Both the position numbers and the translations under genes were made by a program. From the NCBI RefSeq assembly GCF_009914755.1, contig NC_060935.1: 64,000 nucleotides of DNA; one strand, given 5' to 3'. Each line of letters opens with the position of its first letter. The first letter of the stretch is position 1. This DNA is from the human T2T-CHM13v2.0 reference genome, Homo sapiens. This document shows positions 38,585-51,200 of the stretch, in pieces. Under the pieces are notes generated by a model. It was not told where the DNA came from and did not search any database. It saw only the letters and a list, made by a program, of their open reading frames with translations.

Positions 38585-38950
38585 ACTCCGTTTATTGAGC
38601 ACCTACATCTCTATTTGAGGCACTGGGACACAAGGATGAACAAAACAGGAGGGTCCTGCCCTCATAGAAAGTATATTTTAGTGTGAAGGAACCAGGTGAT
38701 GTAATACCTAAGCACAGTAATTTCAAGTAATACTAAAGGCAGTGAAGAAAATAATGTAATGTGACAAGTGATGGGTCAGGGAAGGCCTCTCTGAGGAGGG
38801 ACTGTGTGAGATGAGGCTTGAGTGGTAAAAAAGAGCCGCATAAAATGTATGGGCAGTAGAGAGGGGCTGAAGGAGCTGGAGCTGGCGAAGGGTGGTGGTG
38901 GACCAGAGGAGCAGGAAGCAGCGACTGTGATTGCAAGTGGGGTGACTTCG
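38585..38950 (-). mobile_element. L2
   Basis: tttattgagcaccta ... ctgccctcatagaa ... gtcagggaaggcctctctgaggagg. Confidence 0.72.
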
Positions 38951-39527
38951 TTATAAGAGGCAGTGCGGGGGACCAGGAATCCATCCCCACCAATGTATGG
39001 AAGGAGACATGATGGCCAAGGACAGGCCCAGGTGACGCAGGGAAGGGTGAGCTGAGCTGGTGGGCAGCCCCAGTGGTGGGTGAACTGAGCAGGTTGCAGG
39101 GGAGCGGGGTTCAGGCTTGGGGCCCTGTGGAGCCCTCTGCTATTTTGCTGCAGTGCAGTCAACTGACCTGGGGGATTGTGGGTTCCCTCCACGCCAGCTC
39201 GGGCTGGTTGTGGTGCTGGTGCATGGGGGATTGATGAAGCTGGCAATCGCCTTGTGACTAGACCCAGCTGGCTGCCAGAAAGGGAGCCAAAACCTCACCA
39301 GGGAGGCAGAGCAACTGCTTCTGCCCTTTTCCACAACCCCCAGGAGGTCATTGATCTTAATTAATTATCCCCTCTGAGGATTGTGGAGGAACCCTCCTGT
39401 CTACAGAGAATTACTGGTGGATATTCTAAAGAACCGAATAAGATCCCCACCACCAACTTCTGTCTTGAGAGAAAGAAGGTGCTTCTGTGCAATTGATCAG
39501 AATGAAATCATAGAACTTTGGATCTGA

Positions 39528-39822
<295 letters not shown>

Positions 39823-40444
39823 AAGGATCTGAAAGACACTTTAATGATAATCTTGTCTAACACACCCTAACTTTTAAGAAGAAACTATGGCTCAGGTATT
39901 GTTTGAATTTAGTGTTAGGAAAAATAGTCGGTGAAAGTCTTTCTGGGAAAAAAACAAAAACCAAACAAATGCACTTTTCCTGTCTTAGTAAACAGAATAA
40001 ATCGATTGCTTGGTCAAAGAGAGGCCAGGAACAACATGGAGCGGGGCCTCTGGTGCTGGGTACTCCTGGGGTTGGCTCCCACATCAGGTACTACTTACTA
40101 GCTATGTTTTCTTGGGCAAATTGCTTTAAGTCTCTAATTTCTCAGTTTCCTGTTTGTAAAATATAAATAATAATGATATCCACCTCATGGGGTTTTTTAA
40201 TGTGAACTGAAAAAATAATATATACAAAGTGCTCATCACATCCTGAAGGATCATTATTCAATGAATGATTGCTGCTGTTGCCGTTTGAGGCGCAGGTGCA
40301 GAAGACACAGATGAGTGGTGTTGTGGAGCATGTGGAAATGCTGGGGGTGGGGGGTAAGGTGGTCTACAAATGGCACTGCCGTTATCTTGAGCTCAGCCCT
40401 CCATAGCATCCTTCAAAGCTGATTTTTTTCTTTTTGTAAATTTC

Positions 40445-40524
40445 CAAATACATAGGTGTTATCCTGTCCATTTGACTCTATTTTCTGAGAGAGGCAAATG
40501 GATAGGATAACACCTATGTATTTG
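40445..40524 (-). ncRNA. MIR4694: pre-miRNA hairpin, hsa-mir-4694
   Basis: 30-bp inverted repeat (40445-40474 / 40495-40524, 29/30 match) with a 20-nt partly paired loop. The minus strand reads CAAATACATAGGTGTTATCCTATCCATTTGCC..., matching the recalled miR-4694-5p AGGUGUUAUCCUAUCCAUUUGC. Confidence 0.85.
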
Positions 40525-41644
40525 AAAAAGAAAAATACTCCCAGTTAAGTGAGAGTTCCAGCAGATGAATTAGGGTTTAAAACAGAACTGTATCCTCATT
40601 TCATTTCAAGGGTGGCCCAGCATATCTGCTAGTGTGAGCTTTGGCATTGCTCCTCTGAGAGGCAGGCTGGAGAATGAGACCCTCTGTCTAACCCAGCCAT
40701 TCTAGGACCCTGTCCTTTACCCCATTCTCAGGCCCACTCCCAACCCAACTCCAGGGCAATCCAGTAGGTTTATAAGATGACAATTGATCTTATCATCCTA
40801 CCAGCATCATATTATGGTTTAGCTGAAATAATACTGGACAGTGATTCTGTTATTAGTTATTTCCCTCCTGGCTTCAGGGGAGAATGCAGGCATGTTGCAG
40901 GAAAACAGAAGAACCATGCACACCAACCATCGACTCACAAGCTCTGAGAAGAGACCATTTGCTGGTGACGAAGCACTGACTTGCCCCTTTGCTGGGCTTT
41001 TCAGGGGCTTGGCTGGGTCTTACTATGCCAGGCTTCTTTCCCCTCTGTAGAATGGAGTCCCTATCTTCATGTTATGCAAACGGCACCTTTTCAAAATAAA
41101 CTTTAGAGGAGTAAGAGAGAAGAATCTAGTGCCCTTTCTGAGAAGGAATTTAGCTAGGAGAACCAAATGTTGTCCCATACACTGGGTTAAAAAGAACCAG
41201 TTATGAACTACAAATGCAGTTGACTTTGGCCCTGAGCTCTATAGGGAAAAGTAGGGAGAAAAAATAGTAACGAATCAGCAGCACAAGCAATATTTGCTTG
41301 TGAGTTCTTCCAGTCATGGGCGTGAATGAGTAATTCTGTCCTGGGATCCTATTGCCTTTGCTTTGTGCCCCAAGGTATAGAGTTTGGAAAAATACCAGTG
41401 CTGGTGGTTCTTCTGTTTCGGGGAATAAAGAAAAGGAATACCCCATTGGGAGTGCTGTTCTTTGAAAACTGCAGCTTACCTGAGCCCTTTGTTGAGATGG
41501 AGGCCAGAATGAGTCTGAAACAGCTGGTGGGGAATCCAACCACAGGGATCACTCAGACCAGGACAACACTGAAGTCAAGTTTGCTATGGATGTCCAGAAT
41601 GCCAAAAGAGAGGGCAGTCTGGAGGCCTTTTTTCTTGGGGGAGT

Positions 41645-42050
41645 TATTCACTCATTTATCTTCTTTTTATTAAGTACCTACCATGTACCAGGCACTGTTC
41701 TAAGCAGTGTGGTGCAAGAATGGCAAAATTTCTATTCTATGGAATTTACATTCTTATGGAGAGATGTAGACAAAACACGAGTAAACAAATACAAAAATAA
41801 GTTTATTTCAGTGAGCGACAAGTACTATGAAGAAAGTAAAGTTGAATGATATGCTCAGGAGTGACAGGGGCAACTTTGGATGAGGGGCTCAAGGAAGACC
41901 ACTCTGAGGCAGCAGCATGAAAACTGAACAATCCACCAGGTAAAGACCAGAGAGCATGATCCAGGCAGCACAATAGCCAACACAAAGGCTCCAGGTGAGG
42001 ACATCTGTGGCTTTTCAATCAACACAACAATGGCCAGTGTCACTGCAGCC
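41645..42050 (-). mobile_element. L2 3' region
   Basis: ttattaagtacctaccatgtaccaggcactgttctaag ... atggaatttacattct ... cacaaaggctccagg. Confidence 0.78.
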
Positions 42051-42367
42051 TCATGAGTTCGTGGCTGTTTCAGCTTTACACCCAGCTACTGTAACCCCAA
42101 CTGCGATGTCCACTGACGTAGCCATTTCCTAGGGGAGAGGGAGGAAGGGATGTCTAGAACTGCTCTAAGGACTACCAGAAATTACTGATTAGAGGACTAA
42201 TCCTACCCTCATCCTCATCTCCACATTTAACCTACCATTGAGTTCTGTTGGTTCATGCTCCCGGTTTTCTCCTAGGTAAGTCCATTTCTTTTCATGTTCA
42301 TTACCTTCACCCTGGTCCAAACCATCTGCATCCTTCCCCTGGTCTACTGAACCTTGCCCATTCTTCA

Positions 42368-42757
<390 letters not shown>

Positions 42758-42971
42758 TCATGACTCCCCATTGCTGTCAGCATAAAGATCCAAATCCCTA
42801 CAATGATATGCAAAGCCCACTCTGTGCAAATCCCCAAGTTCTTCTCCAGCATGTTTCTAGACATTTGTGGCTTCATTTTCCATGCTCTGGCCACACAGGC
42901 TTTCTTCCAGTTGTTGCAATATGCTGTATTAGTTCTGGCCTCAGGGCCTTTGCAGAAGCCTTGGCTCCTAA

Positions 42972-43352
<381 letters not shown>

Positions 43353-44249
43353 AGGGAAGTCTTTTTTATTCCTTAACATCAATCTACTCCATAGGGTCTT
43401 TTGGTTACCTGTCCTCAATAGCACTTCATATTTTCCTTCATACTTCTTAGCACACTTGTATTTACCTGCAATCTTCCTGCACTTGTCCATAAGCTCCAGG
43501 AGGGCAGGAACCTTGTCTGTCTGGTTCACTACTTTGTCCTCAGCACTTAAAAAGTATCTGGACCGCAGTAGATATGTGATATGTATTTGTTGGAGAAATG
43601 AAGGAATGAATGCTCACAAAGATCTTGGATCTTAAATGTTCCACTTGAATATGCTACTTGCTTTTGACAAAATGAAATAACAGGAGACTGTCTGTATTTT
43701 CTGTTCCATTTCTCTACCCTATAGAGATGGTGATTGATATCTGGAGTTTAAGAATAAGGCATAGCATGCAAGAATTCTGGCAGATGAACAACCTGCTTAG
43801 AAAGTCTGTTCTTGCCTTCGACTATCAGAACAGCATTATTTTCTTTGGCTCAAAGGAATCTAAGACTGTGTGTACTCAGGGAAATGGTGTAGACCCACGG
43901 TGTGGAGTCAGGGCCAAGGGTGAGACTTAAATAATAATTAAGTGAAAGAGGGTTGTGTGAAGCCTGGGGGCGACACTGCCTTTCTCAGTGGCTGCGGAAT
44001 TAGAACATTCTCCCTTGTGTCAATGTGGAAGTGAATGAATTAGGCTCCGTTTTATGCTGTGCCTGGAAAAATACCAATCCGTACTCGCATAGTTTCTGAA
44101 AGCAAACCCCAAATGCCACTGTCTCAGCTCCATGGGAGACTGTTAAGGAAAAAAAAGAGGTAACATTCACAGACTATGGGAAATATCACTGAAGTGGAAA
44201 AAGATTAGCGTTGTTGTTTTTTTGTTTTTTTGTTTTTTTTGTTTTTTTT

Positions 44250-44395
44250 TTACCTTTTTTGAAGTTACATACCCCTTTGGTAATGTAACAAAACCTATGG
44301 ACCCTCCTTCCCCTTCACTGCCCTGCCCACTGCAAAACGTATGGCCGTATAACATCTCTCTATCCATGGAGACCCCTCGGGTTAAAAATCCCAGT
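44250..44395. mobile_element. MER117-like fragment after a (TTTTG)n tract
   Basis: acccctttgg ... ctatggaccctc ... atccatgga ... ggttaaaaatcccag. Confidence 0.5.
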
Positions 44396-45671
44396 TAGTG
44401 GGTCTGACTGGAAATTGAGCAGAAATAAGCTAATAAGAGATGGCCAGGAATCTGAAGTCTAAAAAACAAAATAGAAGTAGTGCTCTGTAATTACATTTTT
44501 TCCATTCCTGAAGTTCTTCGTTTTTTAGAACAAGTGGATTGGCACAGGACGAACACGTGCCTTAGTGAAATCATGAATGATGAGACCTCTAGGTCTTAGA
44601 GGAAGCATTCCTGGAGGGAATCAAAGTGGCCAGCCACTCTCAGCCACTCTCAGCACCTTCCTGGATTTTAACTGATATTTTAACTGATAAGCATGCATTT
44701 TATAATTAAGTACTGCATAAGAAAAAGTATTGTAATGAAAACATGTGTTTATTTAATTGTACTAAATTTAGAGGTAAGAAACAAGAAAATTTTATTGTCC
44801 CTGGTCTGTAGAAAACAATTCCAGACAACTGGGAGAACTCAATTTGTCCACTGTGTCCCCAAATAAAAATGCTTCAACACAAGCACCAAAAAAGGAAGGG
44901 CATATTCCCAAGTAGACACAGATGTATTGTTCATGCTAACAGATGTGGTGTTAAGAAACTTGAACCCCTGGTTTGTTTTCTTATCAGTAAAATAGGAGAG
45001 ACAAATGGAGAATTTTTTCCTTATAGGTTGTTGTGAGAATGAATATGAAATACTTCACATGTAAGAGTAAGCCTTCAGTACATTCTTTTTTCTTTTCTTT
45101 TCTCCAATAGCATCAGTGACATCATCATTCTTTATGTTATATGTGCGTGCATCTTGCATGAATGTATATATAAATGTCTCCATTTGATGTCTAATCATCT
45201 CAAACTGGTCATGCCCAAACTGGAACTCTTGGTTTCTCAAGTTCATCTCACAGACTGTTTCTCCCTTAGTCTTCTGCATCTTTGTCAGTGGCAGCAACAC
45301 CTGCCCAGTTGTTCAAACTAAAAACCTAAGAGTCATCCTTCACTCCTTTCTTTCCCTCACACTCATATTCAGTTGCACATCTTTGCCAATATGTTGCAAA
45401 ATTGATCCCTCTTCACCACACTCACTGCTACCCTCCCAGACACTACCCTCCTGTCATTCCTGTGCAAGTGTCCTGGATCTGACCCTCCTGCCACCACCCT
45501 GGACCCTGCAGTCATCTCTCCATGGTGTAGCCAGTGTATAGGCATTAACAGATTTACATCAGGTTGTTCCACTTGTTTGCTTAGGACCCTCCAGTGACTT
45601 TTATTTCCAGTGACTTCTGATAACACCGGAAATAAAATTTAAATGGCTTACAATTCTGTAGGTCTCTATAT

Positions 45672-46040
45672 GAGAGATAAGCAAACTTTTTCTGTAAAAA
45701 GCCAGATAGTAAATATTTTAGGCCAAATGGGAGTCTATCACATCATCATCTTCTTCTCCTCCTCCTTCCTCATCCTTCCTCCTCTTCCTCCTCATCCTGT
45801 CCTCCTCATCTTCCCTTCTTTCCTTCCTTCCTTCCCTCCCTCCCTCTCTCCCTCTCTCCCTCTCTCCTCCTCCTCCTTCTTCTTCCCCTTCCCCTTCCCC
45901 TTCCCCTCCCTCTGTCTCCTTCTCCTTCTCCTTCCAACCCTTTAAAACTGGAGAAGCTGAAAGCTGTCCTTAACTGACGGGCTTACAAAAACAGGTTGAG
46001 GACTGGATCTGGCCCCTGGGTGGCAGTTTGCTGACTCTTG
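45672..46040. mobile_element. MER58 (hAT-Charlie) containing a CT-rich expansion
   Basis: gcaaactttttctgtaaaaagccagatagtaaatattttagg ... ggatctggccc...gcagtttgctgactcttg. Confidence 0.75.
45742..45940. repeat. Polypyrimidine/polypurine low-complexity tract
   Basis: About 200 bp of (TCC)/(TTCC)/(TCCC)/(TTCCCC) units. Confidence 0.92.
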
Positions 46041-47799
46041 CTCTATACAAGCTGGCCTGACCCTTCTCTCCTGCTCACATCTTCTTGCCCACTGCCTTGC
46101 TCACTGTGCTCTAGCCTCAGTAGCTTGCTGGCTGTTTGGGGGCACACTGGTCACATTCTGCTCAGGGCTTGCACACTCCTGTTCCCTCTCCCCGCAACAT
46201 TGCCCCTTCAGGTCTTCCATGTGGCTTGCTTCCTGCCTTTGTTTAAGCCTCTGCTTGCAGAAGCTCTCCTTGGAGAAGCCTCTCTGAGCAGCCCCTCCAA
46301 AATGCTCTCCCCACTCCACCCCAAGGACATGCTATCCCTCAGTGGCTTCTCTCTCTAGGACTTACTATATCTTCACTTGCTTGTTTGTCACTAATGCCAG
46401 CCTAGCATCAGCTCTTCCAGGGCAGGTGCCAGCTTTGTCTGTCTCATTCCTCACTCTCCCTCCCTATCACCCAGAATAGAACCTGGCACTTAGTGGTCAA
46501 TCAGAAAAAATATTTGCTGGATACATTAATAAATATATCCATATAAGGACAATTTTTTAATTATATAATATATAATTAATACATATAAGGACAATTCTGC
46601 CATGTGGCCAGCTGGTTTTCAACCCCTGTAGTACTACTCATTTGCAACAAGGCCCTCTTTTTAAATCCTCAGCCCGGTTGGCTCTGTGTAATGCAAAGAG
46701 GAATCGGATGAAGGTGCCAAGCAGTGCTTGGGGTGGCTGTGGACTGTGAGAGGCCAGTTCCATGTGCTGTCATGGTCTGAAGGGTGAATCCAAGTGTGAA
46801 CATGGTGATGGGGGTAGAGGAGAGCTTAGCCAGGCTTTGATGTGAGGGGAACTGTCCAGCTCTCAGGAAGCTGATGTCATTAGAGCATCCCTGGACAATA
46901 AGTGCTGAGTGGAGCCAGTGCTGATGTCTCTTAAGGAGGGAGTGAAGTAGCTCTCAGAGCCAGAAGAGTGCCGAGATAAACTGTCCTTCCCAGAAACACA
47001 CAGCTGAGCCAACCTGCAAACCAAGTTGGTGTGGATGGGGGCTGGATGGTGCTTATCAGTCCTGGATGGATCATGGTGTGAAAAGCTGGTAGTTCTGGAG
47101 CCACTTTATGGAGCATGGTGCCTCTCAGCTCCAGATGTGAAGCCTCCTACTCCTGGGATCTCCTTCTATAGGCCACTTGGGAATGGCAACTAGAGGGAAG
47201 CATCTGGAGCAGCCAGCTATACCCTCCTTCCACCTCCTTCTCCCACCCTGATTTGCTATAGTCCAGAGGCCTCAGGAGAAATGAGCTTGGATTTGGGTCA
47301 TTGAAAAAGAGAGCCTAGGCCCCTTCCTAGGGCAATCATAAAAGGCCCCTTGGGGGGTGGACTGCAGGGGATGATCCTGTGGAAGGCTCCAGGAGGACTT
47401 GGTACCCTACACCCTTGAGTTTTGGCTCATAGTCAGACGATGAGTCTTGGCTGAACCTGATGCCCCAGGATGGGATGGACTGGGTAGTGAGCCAGGCTAT
47501 AAACTGACTCATGCACCAGGCAGGGACTGGACCATCCTTGGCCCAGGAACCAGGTCAGGGAATGAAAAGATACAAGAATCTCTTCTTTGGACTTCCCCTA
47601 GGATAGAAACTGGGGTGTATAGATCAGGGTAGCCTGTACATATCCACATTTGGGAATTTTATGTCCTAGATCATGAGAGTAGCTCTTGATTGTAGTAAAT
47701 AAGACAGCTGCATAACAGGAGGGAAAATGCAGTGATAGTACATGTCAAACTTCATCACAGCCCTGTCTCAGGAGCCCAAGGCAGGAGGTCAGATGGTCT

Positions 47800-48260
47800 G
47801 GGATCTAATCATGGGTCTAGACTGTGACCTTGAACCAGGCATTTCACCTTTCTGGGCTTTAGTGTTTTCTCCTACACAATTATAATGGTAAACCTTGATG
47901 TTGTCACCTCACTGAATTATTAGGATCAAATGAGAGAATAATGAAAGTCCTTGCAAAGTTAAAAATGCTCTAGCCATGTATAACTTGATCCCTAGTCAAG
48001 TTGTATAAAGCAATAATACCAATAGGAACAATAAACTTTCAATGAGCACTGATCATGTGACAGGCACTGTGCCCAGTGTTCGCATGCATATCTCACATGG
48101 TCCCCACAGCAATCTTGAGAGACAGGCATCATTATAATCTGCATGTGCAGATGAGCGAGCAGGGCATGAAAAATTTAAATAATTTGCCCCAAGTCACATA
48201 TTTTCCAGGGAAGACCAGAACTTGAATTCAAGCAGCTTGTCTCTGAAGGATGCACTCAGA
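47800..48260. mobile_element. Two adjacent MIRs in opposite orientation
   Basis: + copy: ctgtgaccttgaaccaggcatttcacc. - copy: tgagcactgatcatgtgacaggcactgtg ... tttgccccaagtcaca. Confidence 0.68.
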
Positions 48261-51200
48261 CCCTGAGGGCCTGCAGTGCAGATCTCCAGGCTCCCAGCCC
48301 AGCCCCCTAGGCTTCCTTCAGGAAGATAACCATGAGTCTGTCCAGTGAAAACAGACCCATGTCTATCTCTTCCCTGCAGACGGGCTTGATCCCTGCCAAC
48401 TGCAGAGAAGCTGCAGAGCCTGAGCAGAGCCTGATGTTTACCAGCTCTAAGAGCTAAGGGTTCCAGCTGGGACAGCAAATCCTCAGCAATCCTGGGAAAC
48501 AGGGAGTGATGCCAGGGCACAGGGTCTCCTCCAGGTTATGAAGAGCAGACACATGTGGTTGGAACTTCTTCATCCGGGATGGGCGTCCTGCACGCACGTT
48601 GAGTGGCTCTCAGGAAAACATTTCCTTGAGAAAGCAGAGGCAGGGAGGCAATCTCTGAAGGGCAGGCTGTTTTTTTCCATGTTCTCATCGGGAAGGAGAG
48701 AAGAAAAAGCAGTCAGCACTTCCTCTCTGCAGCCCTTCCTCTGGGGGCTTCTCATCCCCCTTCACAGCAGCAGAGCCCCATGGTGCAGTTTGCTGTGCTT
48801 GCCTAATATCAGTCAGCGAAGTAGAGTTTGATGAGTTCAGTCAACAAAAAGTAGCCGATAAGGGCTTCTGGGCACCCCTCCGAGAATGCCTGAGGAGCCT
48901 TTTCAAGGATGGACTGGTATGGCAAAAGGACGGAAAAGAGGTAGAAGAAGTATTGAAAGAACCGTGGCCTTTGTCCTGGCCTAGAGAAGATTTGGGAAGC
49001 CTTGGCACTTGTTCTCAAATATCCAAAGGGCTGTCTTGAGGCAGGCTAGTTCTATGTGGACTCCATGGGGTGGAGGAGGGATGGCAGGGACTAGTCTAAG
49101 GAAATACGCAGAAAGGCACAGAAGCTTAGGTTCCAGGCTATGCAGTCTGACAGGCCTGCGTTGCAATTCCAGCCACACTATTTATAAGCTGTGTGACAAT
49201 TAGCAATTTGCTTAACACTTGTGTACCTCCATTGTACTGTAAAATGCCAGTGGTACCATATTCAAAGGTTTATTGTGAGGACTGAAGATGGTGATTTATA
49301 TAAAGCACTTAGATAGTGCCTAGGACTTTTGCTAATAATAACATTATTGTGTAAAGTCCACTTGTCTTGAGAACCTATGAGGAGGGTATTTGGATAGGAG
49401 CTAATAGGTCTAAGGCCTAGTGTGAACCTCTCATTAGGCAGCTGTGCAGCTTTGGACAGCTCATTCAACCTCTTTGTGCTTCAGTGTCCTTCTCAGGAAA
49501 ATGGGACCATGCCAGCCATTCAGCTTAGTTCACAGAGCAGTTCTAAGAATAACTGCCAGGATAACTGATGTGAGAGTGTTTTTGAAAAATATAAAACCAG
49601 GTTATCATGAGTTCTTGATGTTGGCATTTCACTGGAATATGACCAGGAAGGAAGCTGTGGAAAGGAATTGAGTTTGCTCTGGAGGACCTCCGTACTGGTT
49701 CTGCTCTACAATCTGAGAAATGCCCAGAACAGCTGAGGCCAATCAACAGCAGCAGTAATTATGACCAATGCAATGTCATGGACCTGCGCAGAAGCCAAAA
49801 GCAAGTCATTAGCAGCACTTGAAGTTTTCCTTTGCTAAACAATGGCACCTTCATTTTGGGAGTTCCCAGGTTGTGCTCTCTGGACTTTTGGATAGAGGGT
49901 GATTGCAGATACACTCTGTTTCTGCTGGTGCACCTGTTTCCTCCCTCAACTCATGTTTGTGGACCAGACCCAGAGTGCCAGCATCCACCCCGACCCCAGT
50001 GGTGCTCACTGGAGGCACCCTCTCCTGGGCTGGGTGAAGGAGGAAGCCCTGGAGTAGATTGTGTCCACCGTTGTGTATGTGTGCTTGCAAACAACCATGT
50101 CCTGGGAGGATTAAGATCCCTAACAAAAATGGAGTTAGTTTACCTACTGTTTTTGTTCTAAGGGAAAGGTTTCCCAAGCCTCCCATCAGGTAATAATTTT
50201 TTAACCCACTTCAAGGCTATTTGTTTTCCTTTAATTGTTCAATCGGGTAACTTTTAGCAACCACATTCCCTACAGCAAAAGGGTTATTAGGGAGGCACTC
50301 AGTTCCTCAATAGTTCCCAGGAAACATAGACCACAGCCCTTTGGGAAAGACACTGCTTCTTAAATTGCTAACCTTAATCCCTAGTGACCAGAACTGGCCA
50401 AGAATGAAAGGGCTGATCCCACAGGGAAAATAAAATAAACAAAACCACACCAACCCTCACCCCCACCAAACCACAACCACCGAAAACAAAACAAAACAAA
50501 AAACCAACAGACAAATGCAACCCAGTGAGAGTTTGAGGGCAACTCCTTTCTAAACTGTTTCTCTGAATCATTCAAATACAAAACCAGAACAGAGGGCAAA
50601 AGTTAGAAGCCATTGAACTTTTAAAAGTGCTTCAACAATAGCTATCCATATTTCTGTGCCCACAGTTCTGTGGCAGGAATTTTTTTTAAGTTTAAAAAAA
50701 TATTTTTTTTTCACCTTAATGAACCCCTAGCCCACCTGAGTAGACTAGATATGCCTAAAATGAGTCTTTAAGGCACTTCCCAAAATGGCCACAGGTCCCC
50801 ATGCCCTGACCCTAGAGGTGCAGCTCCTGGGAGGGTGGGAGGAGGGAGGACCAGCAGCACGGAGGCCCTTAAAAGGGGGTCAGAGGTCTCCCAAAGATTG
50901 CACAATTTCAACCCTTATCTGCTGCATTGAGGTGGTGGGTGGGGAGGGGGCTGGAGAAGGAGTCCTCAGGCCCCGGATGTTGAACAGAGCAAATAAATTC
51001 CAGAGGCACCTGGCAACCCTTGGATTCATGGGAATAGCATGTCTGCTCTTGGGATATATGCCCTGGGTTGCTTGGGACCAGTTTGTCTGCTTGAATAAGT
51101 AAAAAACCACTTACCCTGGAGCTTTCAAATTAGTCTTCAATTATTCATTCATTCATCCTGAAACTTATTTTTTACCCTGAACGCCTTCTATGTTTCGAGC

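Larger units (their letters stand above)
45170..46530 (+). mobile_element. L2, interrupted by MER58 and a CT-rich tract
   Basis: catctcaaact...tgcccaaactggaactctt ... aaaacctaagagtcatcctt ... ctcagggcttgcac ... cctggcacttagtggtcaa. Confidence 0.72.
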
